Shown one piece after another: positions 49,986-62,489 of a stretch of 64,000 nt of DNA; the first letter of the stretch is position 1, and each line of letters begins with the position of its first letter. The stretch comes from Felis catus. Taxonomy: Eukaryota. Made by a program: the position numbers and the translations under genes. The notes under the pieces were generated by a model that was not told where the DNA came from, searched no databases, and worked only from the letters and a program-made list of their open reading frames with translations. The stretch is taken from NCBI RefSeq assembly GCF_018350175.1, contig NC_058368.1, forward strand, positions 51,461,815-51,525,814. Reading direction: 5' to 3'.

Positions 49986-51170
49986 CTAAGTGATTTTTGT
50001 ATAGTTTTAAAATATATATATTTTTACATATTATATATTAATATATATTTATATATATAAATATAACAAAGGTATAAACCAAGTGGAATTTGACCTTTGT
50101 TTTGTTTAGCATGTTATTTTATTGTATTTAAGACACCAATATACCACACCTACATCAGTCTGTCTTTGCACTTGTCATTCATGGTGAGTCAACATTTAGA
50201 TTCAAGTGTCTGATTACTTCTTTGTCTTCTAGTGAAATCTTGCTAAAGTGTGTGTGTATAAATATATATATATTTCATTTTAGTTGAGGCATATCTATAT
50301 ATTAAAACATAATATTTTTAAAAATACATTTATAAAATATTTATAAAACAATCTATTTATATATTTATTTTATTTATTAAATATATGTAGTCAGTATAAT
50401 TATATATAACACCAAAATATTTGTAGATAGATAGAAGCGTAGATAGAAACAAACTTTCATTTTAGTTTTCCTTTAAGTCAGGGCATTGTATTGTTTTTTG
50501 TTACATATAGAGATAAGTTGTAAGTTATTAATTTAATATCAGGATATTAAAGAAGTTGTCATACAATATTTGCTCTAAGGACGAGGTGTGGCAATAAAGT
50601 TGAAAAATTACTTATCTATGTGACTGGAGCTGATACTCTAGCATTCCTTTTTGGTTTTTGTATTTGTCTTCTCTAGATACAAATCAACTCAAATCTCTAA
50701 ACATAATATGAGGAATATGAATAAATTAATGAATAAGTAAATAGTTCTGTGTTTTTTTCCAGTTGTTAAAATGTATGATTCTCATAGAATATATAGTACT
50801 TATCTTCAAAACTGATTTTTCTCCCACAGAATTAGTTCTTTGTTATTTTCCAGTTTGAACCAGGTTACTAAGAATGTCTAGATAATGTCATAACAACAGT
50901 TATATTTTATTGGTGTACCTTAATAAGAACAGTTTCTTGATTTATTTACCATATAATCAAATTTTTGGAATAAGATGGAAATTACACATAATGATTTTAG
51001 ATTTCTGACATTGCAAATTACTTCACATCATATTAAGGTGTTCTGAAGGAAAAAAAATGTATCATTAGACTTTTTAGTGAAGCAAGCCTATGTATAAATA
51101 TATTTATCTCCTAACTTTTCTTAAAATATTATGTTGAATAAATATTGTACTTAGAATGTATTTACTATCT

Positions 51171-51398
51171 GGGGCACCTGGGTGGCTCAGTTGGTCAGGC
51201 ATCCAACTCTTGATTTTGGATCACGTTACTATCTCACAATTCGTGGGATCAAACTCCATGTCAGGCTCTGTGCTGACAGTGCCAAACCTGCTTGGGGTTC
51301 TTTCTCTCTCCCTCTGCCTCTGCCCCTCCCCTGTTCATTCTCTCTCTCTCTCTCTGTCTGTCTCTCTCTCTCTCAAAATAAATAAATAAACTTAAAAA
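51171..51398 (+). mobile_element. Can-SINE
   Basis: Head, (CT)n, tail; TSD TATTTACTATCT. Confidence 0.92.
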
Positions 51399-51657
51399 AT
51401 ATATTTACTATCTGAAACTAAATTCTGTAGAGCTATAAGTACTAATAATCTGTTCTCTGTCATCTACTGCTTAAGTAATACATTACTCTATATTCAAGGA
51501 TTTGTTTTCTAATGCTTATACTTTCACACCGAAATATATAAATGGGTCTTTGATTATTAAATCACTAGCATTTCCCATAATTTGATTTTTAAAACAAGTA
51601 GACAAATAACAAAAATGAAATAAACTCCTTTAATATTCTTTGCTGTGGAGTCTGAAA

Positions 51658-51914
51658 AATGCTACCTTCTTGGTCTGGTAAGCAGAAGATACCCTCCTAG
51701 TTTTTGGATAAATGTTAAACATTTGTTCTGGTAGACATATAATGCCCTGCTAATCTGGGAGACCGGTAATGCCCTCCTGATCTGGTGCTACACTCTTGAT
51801 CTGGTTGGCGGATTCTCTCCTCCGGGCTGGCAGACACATGTTACTTCCTTATTAGATAGATGCTACTTTGCTGGTTTAGTAGACAGATGTTGCCCTTCTG
51901 GTCTGGTAAGCCAG
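51658..51914. repeat. Degenerate tandem array, about 27-bp unit, 9-10 copies
   Basis: Consensus about ATGCTACCCTCCTGGTCTGGTAGACAG; TCTGG cores at 51727, 51754 and 51781 are exactly 27 bp apart. Confidence 0.75.
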
Positions 51915-54134
51915 TAGAGAACCAAACTCTCAAACTAAAATAGTCCTATAAATCATCACTCCGCTCTGCGTAGGAAACAGAGCAATGATTCTGCTTGTTA
52001 CCACTGGGCTAAAGCACAAATGGCCACTGAGAAGTATATCATGGAAAGGGTAGAAGAGACATAATTACTTAACTACTGTTGCTACAATAGGCTCTGGTAA
52101 ACACTATCATTTTCCTTCTTAAACTATTTTAAGGAGAGGTAAGAGAAATCCAGTTTCACATCAAGCTTTATCTTCATGATTTATAAAACTAAATACTGGT
52201 GTGGGAACCCCATGAATGTTTGACCACAAAGAGAAAATCCCCACCCTAAGCCAACCACTATGTCTACATCAATTTTAGTATGGGGAACTAGGTCAGCCTC
52301 AATTCTAATGTGGCAAAAAAAAAAAAAAAATAGTTTGACTCCTTATAAGTACAAATAGTGACTAAAACACTGCCAACAATCAATATTTAAAGCTATTACA
52401 AATATTTTTTTGGCATACTCTTTTGTCACTGCTTATTTTTCCCCACACAAATCATAAAGTCTTTTTTCAGTGTGTTAAAAAGCTTACTTAAACTTTGCAT
52501 CAAAGAAAAGGTAACAAAAAGCGAAATAATAGTAAATTTTAAAATCAACCCACCAATATTGTTTATAATATAGGTACATAGATTGAGTTAATATCATATC
52601 TCTGACATTTAAAAACTTATCCTTATTTCAAAGGAATATAAATTCAATCTAAAAATGAACATTAGACTGTCCTAAGGATCTTTACAGAATGCAAGAGAAA
52701 ATTAATTCTGTTGACAAACAGAAATAATGCCTTAAAGTGTGTGTGTGTGTGTACAACATCTTGCCCAATGAATTCATTTTATAGCCACCAGCATAAAACT
52801 GAGCACCACCCCTGAATTTCTTGTCTTTTCTCTGACGTAAAAACAAAAAATAGTACAAAAGAAAGAATCAACTTCCTGTCCTATTTAAGAAAAGTGCATC
52901 CCCCAGATCAAAGTATAGCATGAGATACACTTAGAAATTATAAATACATTAGTTGGTAGTAGTATTACAATTCCAATATTCAGAATACTGGTTATTTAAT
53001 GGTTTTTCACTTGTTAAAGTTATTACTTTTCATAATTGCACGAATCTGATAACTATTGAATAAACTATCTAAACTATGTGAATCCCACTTTTATGATTCC
53101 ATACTTTACATAATTCAGGATAGAACAATACATTTGTAGAGCACCACGTTAACAGTTTGTCTGGTATGAAGTAAATTTGTTGCCGTGTGAGTTTGTGGTG
53201 TAGCCCTATTAATAAATTTAAAAGGGCAAAATACTTCCAGGCCATTGTACTGTTTAATTTATTTGGCTACTTTTATATGGCTAACATTCAGTAAGAAAAC
53301 AGCTCCAGTTCAAAACGTGAAATAATTGAATTAGAGAACTAAAATGGGAGAGGATAAGTTGTAAAGATAACTAGAGGTTTAGCAGAATTTTGCAGTATCA
53401 ATGGGAACATTCCATTCTTGTCCTTTCCCTCTTATTCTACACACAAGAATCATCACTGTGGCATCTTATGCTTTATGAGTATGATAAGTTATTTGTTCAA
53501 AAGAACCTCAATAATTTGATTCATTGTCACTGTCTCTTTCTCAAGAGGGTGAACTTGGAAAGTAGTGACATTTAAAGTTTGTTGCTTATTACCAGCTCTG
53601 GTGAATTGCTTATTTACTTACAAATCTTCAGGTATTCACACATGCATACATGCATGCATGGGTAGATACCTAGTTGAGGAAGAATGAAAATAACTGGCTT
53701 ACATAAATTTTCAGTTGATATTTGGCTCTATTTATTACATGTCTTTATATTTAGGATTTTCTAAATTGTACTTTATAGCTTTTTGTCTTTTTAAAAATAC
53801 AATTTCTGTAGCAGATAAGCTAAGATTAAGATCTCATATTTGTATAGCATGTGATAGTTTTAAATATAATTTCCAAAACATAGTTGCAAATAATGAAGTA
53901 TCATCATTCTATTCTAGATGAGACAACTAAGTACAGAATGGTTAAAAAATGTGCCCAAAGTCACAAAATTAAGATATGGTTGAGTGCTATATTTCATTCT
54001 ATTATCATTTCCCATTATATTTTAAAATGGCATTTAGAATAATCTCTAAACTATTATATATATGACTTTCAAACTGAACTTGAATGAATTCTTTTTAAAC
54101 AACTTGGGCACATTACTTAACCTCTCTTCCAATA

Positions 54135-54184
54135 TTTTATTTTATTTTATTTTATTTTATTTTATTTTATTTTATTTTATTTTA
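54135..54184. repeat. (TTTTA)n pentanucleotide microsatellite, about 10 units, within a MIR
   Basis: Seen directly; MIR core halves on each side. Confidence 0.93.
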
Positions 54185-56318
54185 TCTTTTAACTTTTACT
54201 TAAACCCAAGTCAGACCCTCAACATCCTCATCTCTGAAATGGAGATAGCAGTAAGTAGTACCTGTCTACAGGATTGTTGTGAGCCAATTCTTGGAAACTC
54301 ATACCACAGAGCTCAGCACACAGTAAGTGCTCAGTATTTAAATATCGTGATTACAAAGACCACTGATCTTTATAGCCTTTTCCTTCATCCATAAATAATA
54401 CTGCTTTTCAGGGGGATGGCCTCGATTTTCTGAATTCTAATTCCATTTTCTTTCCTTCAGTAGATCTTCAGTTTCACATATTAATGGTAGATTTCTTTCA
54501 TTCTGCCTTCCATACTTTTATTTATGTGTGTGTACTATATGTATATGTTTATATACCTACTTTGAATTTCTGTTTTAATGAATTGTCTGTTCAAACCTTT
54601 TGCTATTTTTTTATTGGGTTATTTGTCTGTTTGGATCCTCTATGAAGCAGATGCCAAGCTGAACATATACAGAGACGTTTGTTATTAATTATAATTGCAT
54701 TTCAAGCTTTATGGAAAAAAGGGTGACCTTTTAGTAGAATAGTAGAATGTAATAGGGAGGGGAGCATTCTTTTCTGTTTGTTTGTTTGTTTGCTTACTTG
54801 TTTTTTCCTTTCTGCAATGAAACTTTGTGTTGCTATTGCTTTAGCTGGCTCTGCTGTAGTGGAGTATTTGTCAGTCTGGGGTGAGAAAGATACTGATATT
54901 ATCTGTCATCAGTTTATGAGATCCTTTGTTACATTATCTTTTAAGAGTAGCATCCATTTTAACAGTTGATTTATGATTTGTTAATGTTGAAATGTAAAAC
55001 TGCCACCGTTATATTTTCCTGTTTCTGATTTTATGTCAGTGAAACAATTGGTTGCCTTCAAAATTTGAAATTAAAAATGTACAATTGTTTCTAAAATAAA
55101 AAGAAGAAGAAGGGTAAAAGTGCTTTGGCATAAACAGTGAAAGCCTCTGATTTTAGTGCTGATTTGACACCTGTGAAAGGAGAGAAGGAAGAAAAGATGA
55201 CTATATTGGAGTCCCTCATTGCAATGCAGCTCTGAGAAAATATCAACCAGGCCAATAATGCCTGTCAGAGAAGTCCTATTGTGAGTGGGAATGGTTAGGC
55301 CCTAGTACCCTGCCTTGCTCAGTTATTGGCCAGGAGCAGACCTAGAGAGACTGGCCTTGGTGTCAATACTGCAGTGGATCCAAAAATGTTGCAGCTATCT
55401 ACTAACTACCCTTCTTATTTGTTTGTTTGTTTGTTTTCAATTTTAATTCCATTATAGTTAACATACAGTGTTATGTTAATTTCAGGTGTACAATACAATG
55501 ATTCAGCAGTTGTTCATTGCTTGGTGCTCATCACAATAAGTGTACCCTTCAATTCCCATCATCTATTTCACCAACCACACTTTTTGCCATAGTTTCTCTT
55601 GAAGGGAGATCAGAGTAATATACCTCCAAAGCCACCACAATTGCCTAGTGTTTTCTCATGGATACTAAGGAATCTCTTACATATTTTAAATATGAATCCT
55701 TCATTGGTTGCAATAAAGGGCTGATTGGTAGCAATGGCTTGTCTGTTGACTTTGAGAGCTCATTCACAAAAAGAATTATCTGCCATTTGTGGAATCCAGC
55801 TCTTAGTCTTCTTTGCTTCATAGGTTACATAATATGTGGCATCTGGAGTATTCTAAAAAAGAACTTCTCCATCTAAGATTATTGCAAACCTTTTTCATGT
55901 GGCACCTCTTGCCAAGTTCCATTACTACACGTCTCTGATGCACATAGAAATCTGCATGGCTGTGAGTTTTTTTAAATCAAATATCTGCTACTAGCTTGCA
56001 TTATGTTTTTGGAGAGTCTATCATCCACACACTAATTAAGCAGTACAGTCCCATTTGTACTAGAATGGGGACTTTTCCTGTTGCCTGAGCATTGGGCTAG
56101 GGATTGCTTAGGGGACACATAACTGGCTCTGAAATAATGGGTGCCCACCATTCTTTCTCAGTCTATATGAGAAGTCTGAGAGTCAGGACAATGAAAGACA
56201 GTCAATGGTTGTCAGTGGAAGTGGTAGGGAGGAGAGGGTGCTAAGAGAATTTCTTCCAACAGTTGAAAATAACTGGCTAGAAGAAGAGACTGCCATTCTG
56301 TTTCCTGGTAGACATCTT

Positions 56319-56624
56319 TGTTGGGAGAAAATTCTTCCCATTCTTCATGAGTCTCTCACATATCTGTATGTGTTACAAATTAAGTATGCACTACATTTTG
56401 TTCTGGTTTACTTTTTAAAGAACATTTGTATAGCAAGTGGTCTTGGAAGTTAGGGATAGTGTCTCCCTCCAGAGTGAAGGGCAAGAATGCTTACTGTCTA
56501 GTATAATGAGGACGTCTTCTTTGGGAGCAAAGGTCAGGCTCACCAAGTGCATGTCTTAAAACATTTGGGTTCCCTAAGCTGAAAGTTCTTTTTCTTTTTT
56601 ATTTTTTTTTCAATGTTTATTTTT

Positions 56625-56667
<43 letters not shown>

Positions 56668-57084
56668 CAGGAGAAGGGCAGAGAGAGAGGGAGACAGAAT
56701 CTAAAGCACACTCCAGACTGAGCTGTCAGCACAGAGCCTGATGTGGGGCTCAAACTCATGAACCATGAGATCATGATCTGAACCAAAGTCAGAGGCTTAA
56801 CCGACTGAGCCACCAGGCGCCCCTCAAAGTTCTTCTTCTGAAATGCAGCCCATTTCATGTGCAGGTGTCATCTGGCCCTCTTTCTGACCCCATGTGGGAA
56901 TTGGGAGTTGGGAAAACAGCACAAAACTAGTGATGCTGTGGCTACACCCTTGCCATGAGTTATAATCTACTCTTCTTCTCTGATGCAGGAGTCTTGTGTT
57001 TTCTACCAGCATTCTTGAAGCTGTGACAGACTAACTTGTTAGCTTGCAAGTAATATAGTCTCAGGTTTTTCACAATTCTTAACA
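56319..57084 (+). mobile_element. ERV solo LTR (MER34-like/ERV1-type) with a SINE inside
   Basis: TGTTGGGAGAAAATTC...TCACAATTCTTAACA (TG...CA ends), internal TCTCCCTCCAGAGTGAAGGGCAAG. Confidence 0.55.
56600..56823 (-). mobile_element. Can-SINE with long (GA)n
   Basis: Reverse head CCAGGCGCCCC; AAAGTTCTT flanks. Confidence 0.93.
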
Positions 57085-58102
57085 TTCTGCTTAGGCAGTG
57101 GGTTTGTATTGCTTTTCCTCTGTGCTTATCTGAACATAACAAAAGGGAATTGGAGAAAGATGGCGAGACAAAAGAAATTGAATAGACCAGCTTTTACATA
57201 ACCACCATTGGATGGAGTACACAAATTATCTATTGCCATAATAATGTTGCACGACAAACAACAATTAAATTTTAGTGACTGCAACAACAAACAATTTATT
57301 TCACTCAAAAATCTGATAGATTCAACCGATATGAGTGGCAATCATTCATTTTTTGAGATTTCTCACTGACCTAGGATGGTTTCAGCTAGGATGGCTTTGG
57401 CATTTCTGATTTTGGGATCAGTTAGTTGGTCAACACAAACATGGCCTTCTCATAGTGATGGCAGTAAGCAAAGCATGTCACGCCCAATCATGCCAACATT
57501 TTGCAAGTTCCTGTTTGTATCATGTTTGTTAATAACTCATTGGCTAAAGAACAACCGAGAAATAACATTGACTAAAGAAAATAAAACTATCATGGGACAA
57601 AAACATCTCAACACAAGTCCAGGTTCAAGGAATAAGGAAATAGACTCTATGTCTTAGTGAAAGAATCTATCAAGTCATGTTAAAAAGCATGGACAAGGGA
57701 AGGTAAAGGATTGGAGCTCTAAACAACCAATGGATCAAAGAAGAAAATAAAAGGAAAATAAAAAAGTTTATTGAGACATTGAAAAATGGAAACACAACAT
57801 ACCAGAATTTACAGGATGCTGCAAAAGCAGCTCTAAGAGGATAAATGGTGCTGGGAAAATTAGATATTCATATGTAAGAGAATGAAACTTGATCCCTATA
57901 TTACACCACTCACAAAAATTAACTTGCAGTGGATTAAATTCTTAAATGTAAGGCTGAAAACCATGAAATTGCTAGAAGAAAACATAGTAAATAAGCCCCT
58001 TGACATGGATCTCAGTAATAATTTTTTAGAAATCAAACTAAAGGACAAGCAGCAAAATAAAAAACAAACAAGTGGGACTACATTAAACTAAAAAGCTGTG
58101 CA

Positions 58103-58279
58103 GAGTCAGGTCATGATCTCACAGTTTGTGAGATTGAGCCCGATGTTGGGCTCCTCGCTGAGAGCAGGGAGCCTTCTGGGGATTCTCTCTCTCTGCCCCT
58201 CCCCTACTCTCTCTCTCTCTCTCTTTTATTCTCTCTCTCTCTCTCTCTCAAAATAAATAAATTAATTAAAAAAAAAAAG
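58103..58279 (+). mobile_element. 5'-truncated Can-SINE inside L1
   Basis: Starts at TCAGGTCATGATCTCACAG; (CT)n; A-tail. Confidence 0.88.
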
Positions 58280-58302
58280 ACTCTGCACAGCAAAAGAAAC
58301 CA

Positions 58303-59139
58303 ACAACATGGCTAACAGTCACGTGAAAAGGTGCTCAACATCACTTACCATCAGGGAAACACAAATCAAAACCACAATGAGATACCACCTTACACCTGTC
58401 AGAATGGCTAAAATTAACACCTCAGGAAACAACAGATGTTGGCAAGGATGCAGAGAAAGGGGAACCCTTTTGTGCTGTTGGTGGGAATACAAACTGGTGC
58501 AGCCACTCTGGAAAAGAGTATGGAGGTTCCTCAAAAAATTAAAAATAGAACTATCCTATGGCCCAGCAATTGCATTACTAGGTATTTATCCAAAGGATAC
58601 AAAAATGTTGATTTGAAGGGGCACATGCACTCCAATGTTTGTAACAGTGCTATCGACAATAGCCAAATTATGGAAAGAGTCCAAATATCCATCAACTGAT
58701 GAATGGATAAAGAAGACGTGCTATATAAATACAATGGACTACAACTTGGCAATGAAAATGAATGAAATCTTGCCATTTGCAACGACATGTATAGAATTAG
58801 AGGGTATTATGCTAAGCTAAATAAGTCAGTCAGAGAAAGACAAATGTCATATGATTTCATTCATATGTGGAGCTTAAGAAACACAATATATGAACATAGG
58901 GGAAGGGAAGGAAAAATAAGATAAAAACAGAGAGAGAGGCAAACCATAGGAGACTCTTAAATACTGAGAACAAGCTGAGAGTTGCTGGAGGGGAGGTGGG
59001 TAGGGAGGATGGGTTAAATGGGTGAGGGGCATTAAGGAGGACACTTTTGGGGATGAGCACTGGATGTTACATGTAAGAGATGAATCTCAGGGTTCTACTC
59101 CTGAAGCCAAGACTACACTGTATGTTAACTAACCTGAAA

Positions 59140-59214
<75 letters not shown>
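58303..59214 (+). mobile_element. Younger carnivore L1 3' end nested in the older L1; tail converted to (GAAA)n
   Basis: ORF 58308-58616 ([28 protein letters not shown]...[19 protein letters not shown]); carnivore L1 3'UTR. Confidence 0.9.
59139..59214. repeat. (AAAG)n tetranucleotide microsatellite, about 19 units
   Basis: Seen directly. Confidence 0.98.
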
Positions 59215-59215
<1 letters not shown>

Positions 59216-59388
59216 ATACTATTGACAAAGTGAAAAGACAGACTACAGAATCAGAAAAAAATATTTGCAAACTATATACCTGATAAGTGGTTAATATCCA
59301 AAATAGATAAAGAACTCAAAGCAAAGAAAAATAATCCAATTAAAAATTTGACAAGGAAAAAAAATTTGACAAGGGACCTAAATAAGCA

Positions 59389-59601
59389 TTTTTTTTTTAA
59401 ACGTTTATTTATTTTTGGGACAGAGAGAGACAGAGCATGAACGGGGGAGGGGCAGAGAGAGGGGGAGACACAGAATCGGAAACAGGCTCCAGGCTCTGAG
59501 CTATCAGCCCAGAGCCTGACGCGGGGCTTGAACTCACAGACCGCAAGATCGTGACCTGGCTGAAGTCGGACGCTTAACCGACTGCGCCACCCAGGCGCCC
59601 C
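59389..59601 (-). mobile_element. Can-SINE, young CpG-rich subfamily
   Basis: Same diagnostic head in reverse; TSD TAAATAAGCATTTT. Confidence 0.96.
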
Positions 59602-60045
59602 TAAATAAGCATTTTTTAAAAGAAAGTATATAAATGGCCAATAGATATGCAAAGATACTCAACACCACTAGTCATTAGTAAAATGCAAATTGAAACCATG
59701 ATAAAATATCACCTCATACCTGTTAGATAGCCATCATTAAAAAGATAAGAGATAACAAATGCTGGTGAAGATATGGATTAAAGGGAATTCTTGTGCACTG
59801 TTTGTGGGATTATAAATTGGTATAGACACTATGGAAGACAGTATAAGGTTTCTCAAAAAATTAAACATAGAACTACCATATGATCCAGCAATTTTACTTC
59901 TGGGAATATATCCAAAGGAAACAAAAACACTAACTTGAAAAGACATTTGCACTCCTATGTTTATAGCTGTGTTATTACATTAGCCAATACTTGAAAACAA
60001 TGTAAGTGTCCATCAATGGATGAATGGATGAAGAAATTGTGATTG

Positions 60046-60096
60046 ATCTATATCTATATACCTATCTCTATATCTTATCTATCTATCATCTATATC

Positions 60097-60131
<35 letters not shown>

Positions 60132-60163
60132 ATCTATCTATCTATCATCTATCTATGTATCTA
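60046..60163. repeat. (TCTA)n compound microsatellite
   Basis: Seen directly. Confidence 0.95.
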
Positions 60164-60333
60164 TGTAGCTAATGGAATATTATTCAGCCATATAAAAACA
60201 AAGGAATCCTACCATTAATGACAACATGAATGGACCTTGAAGGCATTATGCTAAGTGAAATAAGTCAGACAAAGAAAGACAAATACTGTATGATATTACT
60301 TATATATGGAATCTTTAAAAACAAAACAATACA

Positions 60334-60335
<2 letters not shown>

Positions 60336-60373
<38 letters not shown>
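60336..60373. repeat. (AC)n microsatellite, about 19 units
   Basis: Seen directly. Confidence 0.97.
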
Positions 60374-60375
<2 letters not shown>

Positions 60376-60376
60376 A

Positions 60377-60580
60377 GGGGCACCTCGGTGCCTCAGTTGG
60401 TTCAGCATCTGACTTCGGCTCAGGTCACGATCTCACAGTTTTTGAGTTTAAGCCCCATGTCGGGCTCTGTGCTACAGCAGCCTGGAGCCTGCTTCAGATT
60501 CCTTGCCCCTCCCCTGCTTGCACTCTCTCTCTCTTTGTCTCTCTGTCTCACTCCCTGAAAAATAAACACTAAAAAAATTT
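60377..60580 (+). mobile_element. Can-SINE
   Basis: GGGGCACCTCGGTGCCTCAG head, body, tail. Confidence 0.9.
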
Positions 60581-60875
60581 CTTAAAAACCCAAACAAAGA
60601 AACAAAAACACACATCAAACTCATAGAAAAAGAGATCAGATTGTCAGTTACCAGGGGTAGGGCTCAGGGGGAATTGGAGGAAGATGGTTTAAAAGATATA
60701 AACTTCCAGTTATAAGATAAGCAAGTGCTAGAGATGTAATGTTCAACATGATGACAGTAGTTACCGCTGCTGTATGATATATAAGAAAGTTATTAAGAAA
60801 GTAAATTGGAAGAGTTCTCATTACAAGCAGAAAATTTCTTTTCTTTTGTTGTATGTACGTATGTATGTATGTATT

Positions 60876-60906
60876 TTCTTTTTAATATTTATTTATTTTT
60901 GAGAGA

Positions 60907-60952
<46 letters not shown>

Positions 60953-61118
60953 ACATGAGCAGGGAGGGACAGAGAGAGAGGGAGACACAGAAACCGAAAT
61001 AGGCTCCAGGCTCAGAGCTGTCAACGCAGAGCCTGACATAAGATTTGAACTCATGAACTACGAGATCATGACCTGAGCCAAACTTGTCCACTCAACTGCC
61101 TGAGCCACCCAGGTGCCC
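60876..61118 (-). mobile_element. Can-SINE with long (GA)n
   Basis: Reverse head; TCTTTTGTTGTAT flanks. Confidence 0.92.
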
Positions 61119-62050
61119 CTCTTTTGTTGTATTTATATGAGATGATGGATGTTAACTAAACCTATTGTTGTAATCATTTAACAATGTATGTAAATTAAAC
61201 CATTATGCTGTATACCTTAAACTTACAGTAATATATGTCAATTATTTTTTGTTTTTAACTGGAAAAAAGTCTCCTCAAAATAATTTGGACTCTTAATGCA
61301 GTCTTTCACATGGGACAGTATATATGAGTTTCCATGGGCTAAGTGAGCAGGATGGAACAGAGCTGGACCTGTGCCATCTACTCAGAATGCCATTTGGGAT
61401 CACTTCCTGTGGGAAAGGGAACCCGGTAGCTGGAGACTGGGTGTCCCACAGGTGGTGGGAGCTGTGAGTAGAAGGTAGGTAAGAGATTGAACCAGAGCCA
61501 GGTCTTCCATAGTTTAGGGACCTCTGTAGTAGTGAAGTCCTTCACAGTTTGCCTGAGAATTCACACAAACACTTTGAGAAAACCGGTGTTTTGGGTGCCT
61601 GGGACAGAGGCTATCAGTTGATTAATGACAACCATTGTAGTGAAGGCTACCTTCTTACCTGGTCATTCCCCCTTTCCTGTCCCAGTCCCATCAAACCTAT
61701 ACCTTGAAGAAGAATGGAAAAGAGGAGTGAGCGAGCAGACAATACCCCCTTTTTCACATTTTAGACCCTTTAGCAAACCTGCAGATACAATGGGTAGCTG
61801 GAGAGAGCCACTTGTGCTGGAGGCTGGGGCAGAAGGAAGAGGGGAAAAAGGGAAAGAGGGATGGAGAAGAAAGTGACTGAATCTTATGGAATTTGCTTAA
61901 AATGTTATGAACAGAGCATTGTTGATTAAAGATAAAACCATCTTATATTTATACCTCTCTTGAATTATGATTCCTCAATAAACCAGGTACATAATAAAAC
62001 ACACTGATTATTCATTTTAGTTGAACAACCAGCGTTTAAAAAATATACTT

Positions 62051-62255
62051 GGGGTGCCTGGGTGGCTCAATCAGTTGAACGTCTGACTTCAGATCAGGTC
62101 ATGATCTTAGGGGTTCGTGAGCTCAAGCCCCACATGGGGCTCACTGCTCTCAGTGCAGGGCTGCCTTCAGATCCTGTATCCCCCTCCCTGACCCTCCTTT
62201 GCTCACCCACGCACCCTCTCTCAAAAATAAATAAAAAAGAAAATATTAAAAAAAA
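62051..62255 (+). mobile_element. Can-SINE
   Basis: GGGGTGCCTGGGTGGCTCAATC head, body, tail. Confidence 0.9.
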
Positions 62256-62279
62256 AGATGAGATTATTTTTAAAAAAGC

Positions 62280-62280
<1 letters not shown>

Positions 62281-62332
<52 letters not shown>
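62281..62332. repeat. (TA)n microsatellite, about 25 units
   Basis: Seen directly. Confidence 0.97.
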
Positions 62333-62335
<3 letters not shown>

Positions 62336-62489
62336 TGTCTCTAAAATTTAGACCCCCCCCCCAAGAAAATACAAAATACTTTGAGGGGAAAATAAATTTT
62401 AAAAGTAAATGAATCCAAGGATTGATACTGTATTCTTTCATATGAAATATCGTTACTACTACATCAATAAAAGATGATTAAGCCTTGCA

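Larger units (their letters stand above)
57720..61250 (+). mobile_element. Older L1 (L1MA-like) 3' part hosting a younger L1, four SINEs and microsatellites
   Basis: ORF 57882-58091 ([21 protein letters not shown]) is ORF2-like; resumes at about 59215 and ends with an L1MA-type 3'UTR. Confidence 0.85.

Noticed and set aside
50000..50420. Extremely AT-rich, TA-alternating stretch as a special structural element
   Set aside because: Imperfect low-complexity expansion inside an old transposon relic; nothing specific can be supported
51658..51914. Array as a CRISPR locus
   Set aside because: Mammalian DNA; head-to-tail degenerate units with no unique spacers and no cas genes
1394..62255. SINE heads as tRNA genes, and SINE-derived ORFs (MAQSVK..., ERERE...)
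   Set aside because: tRNA-derived Can-SINE heads followed by SINE body, (CT)n, A-tail and TSDs; the ORFs recur at every copy
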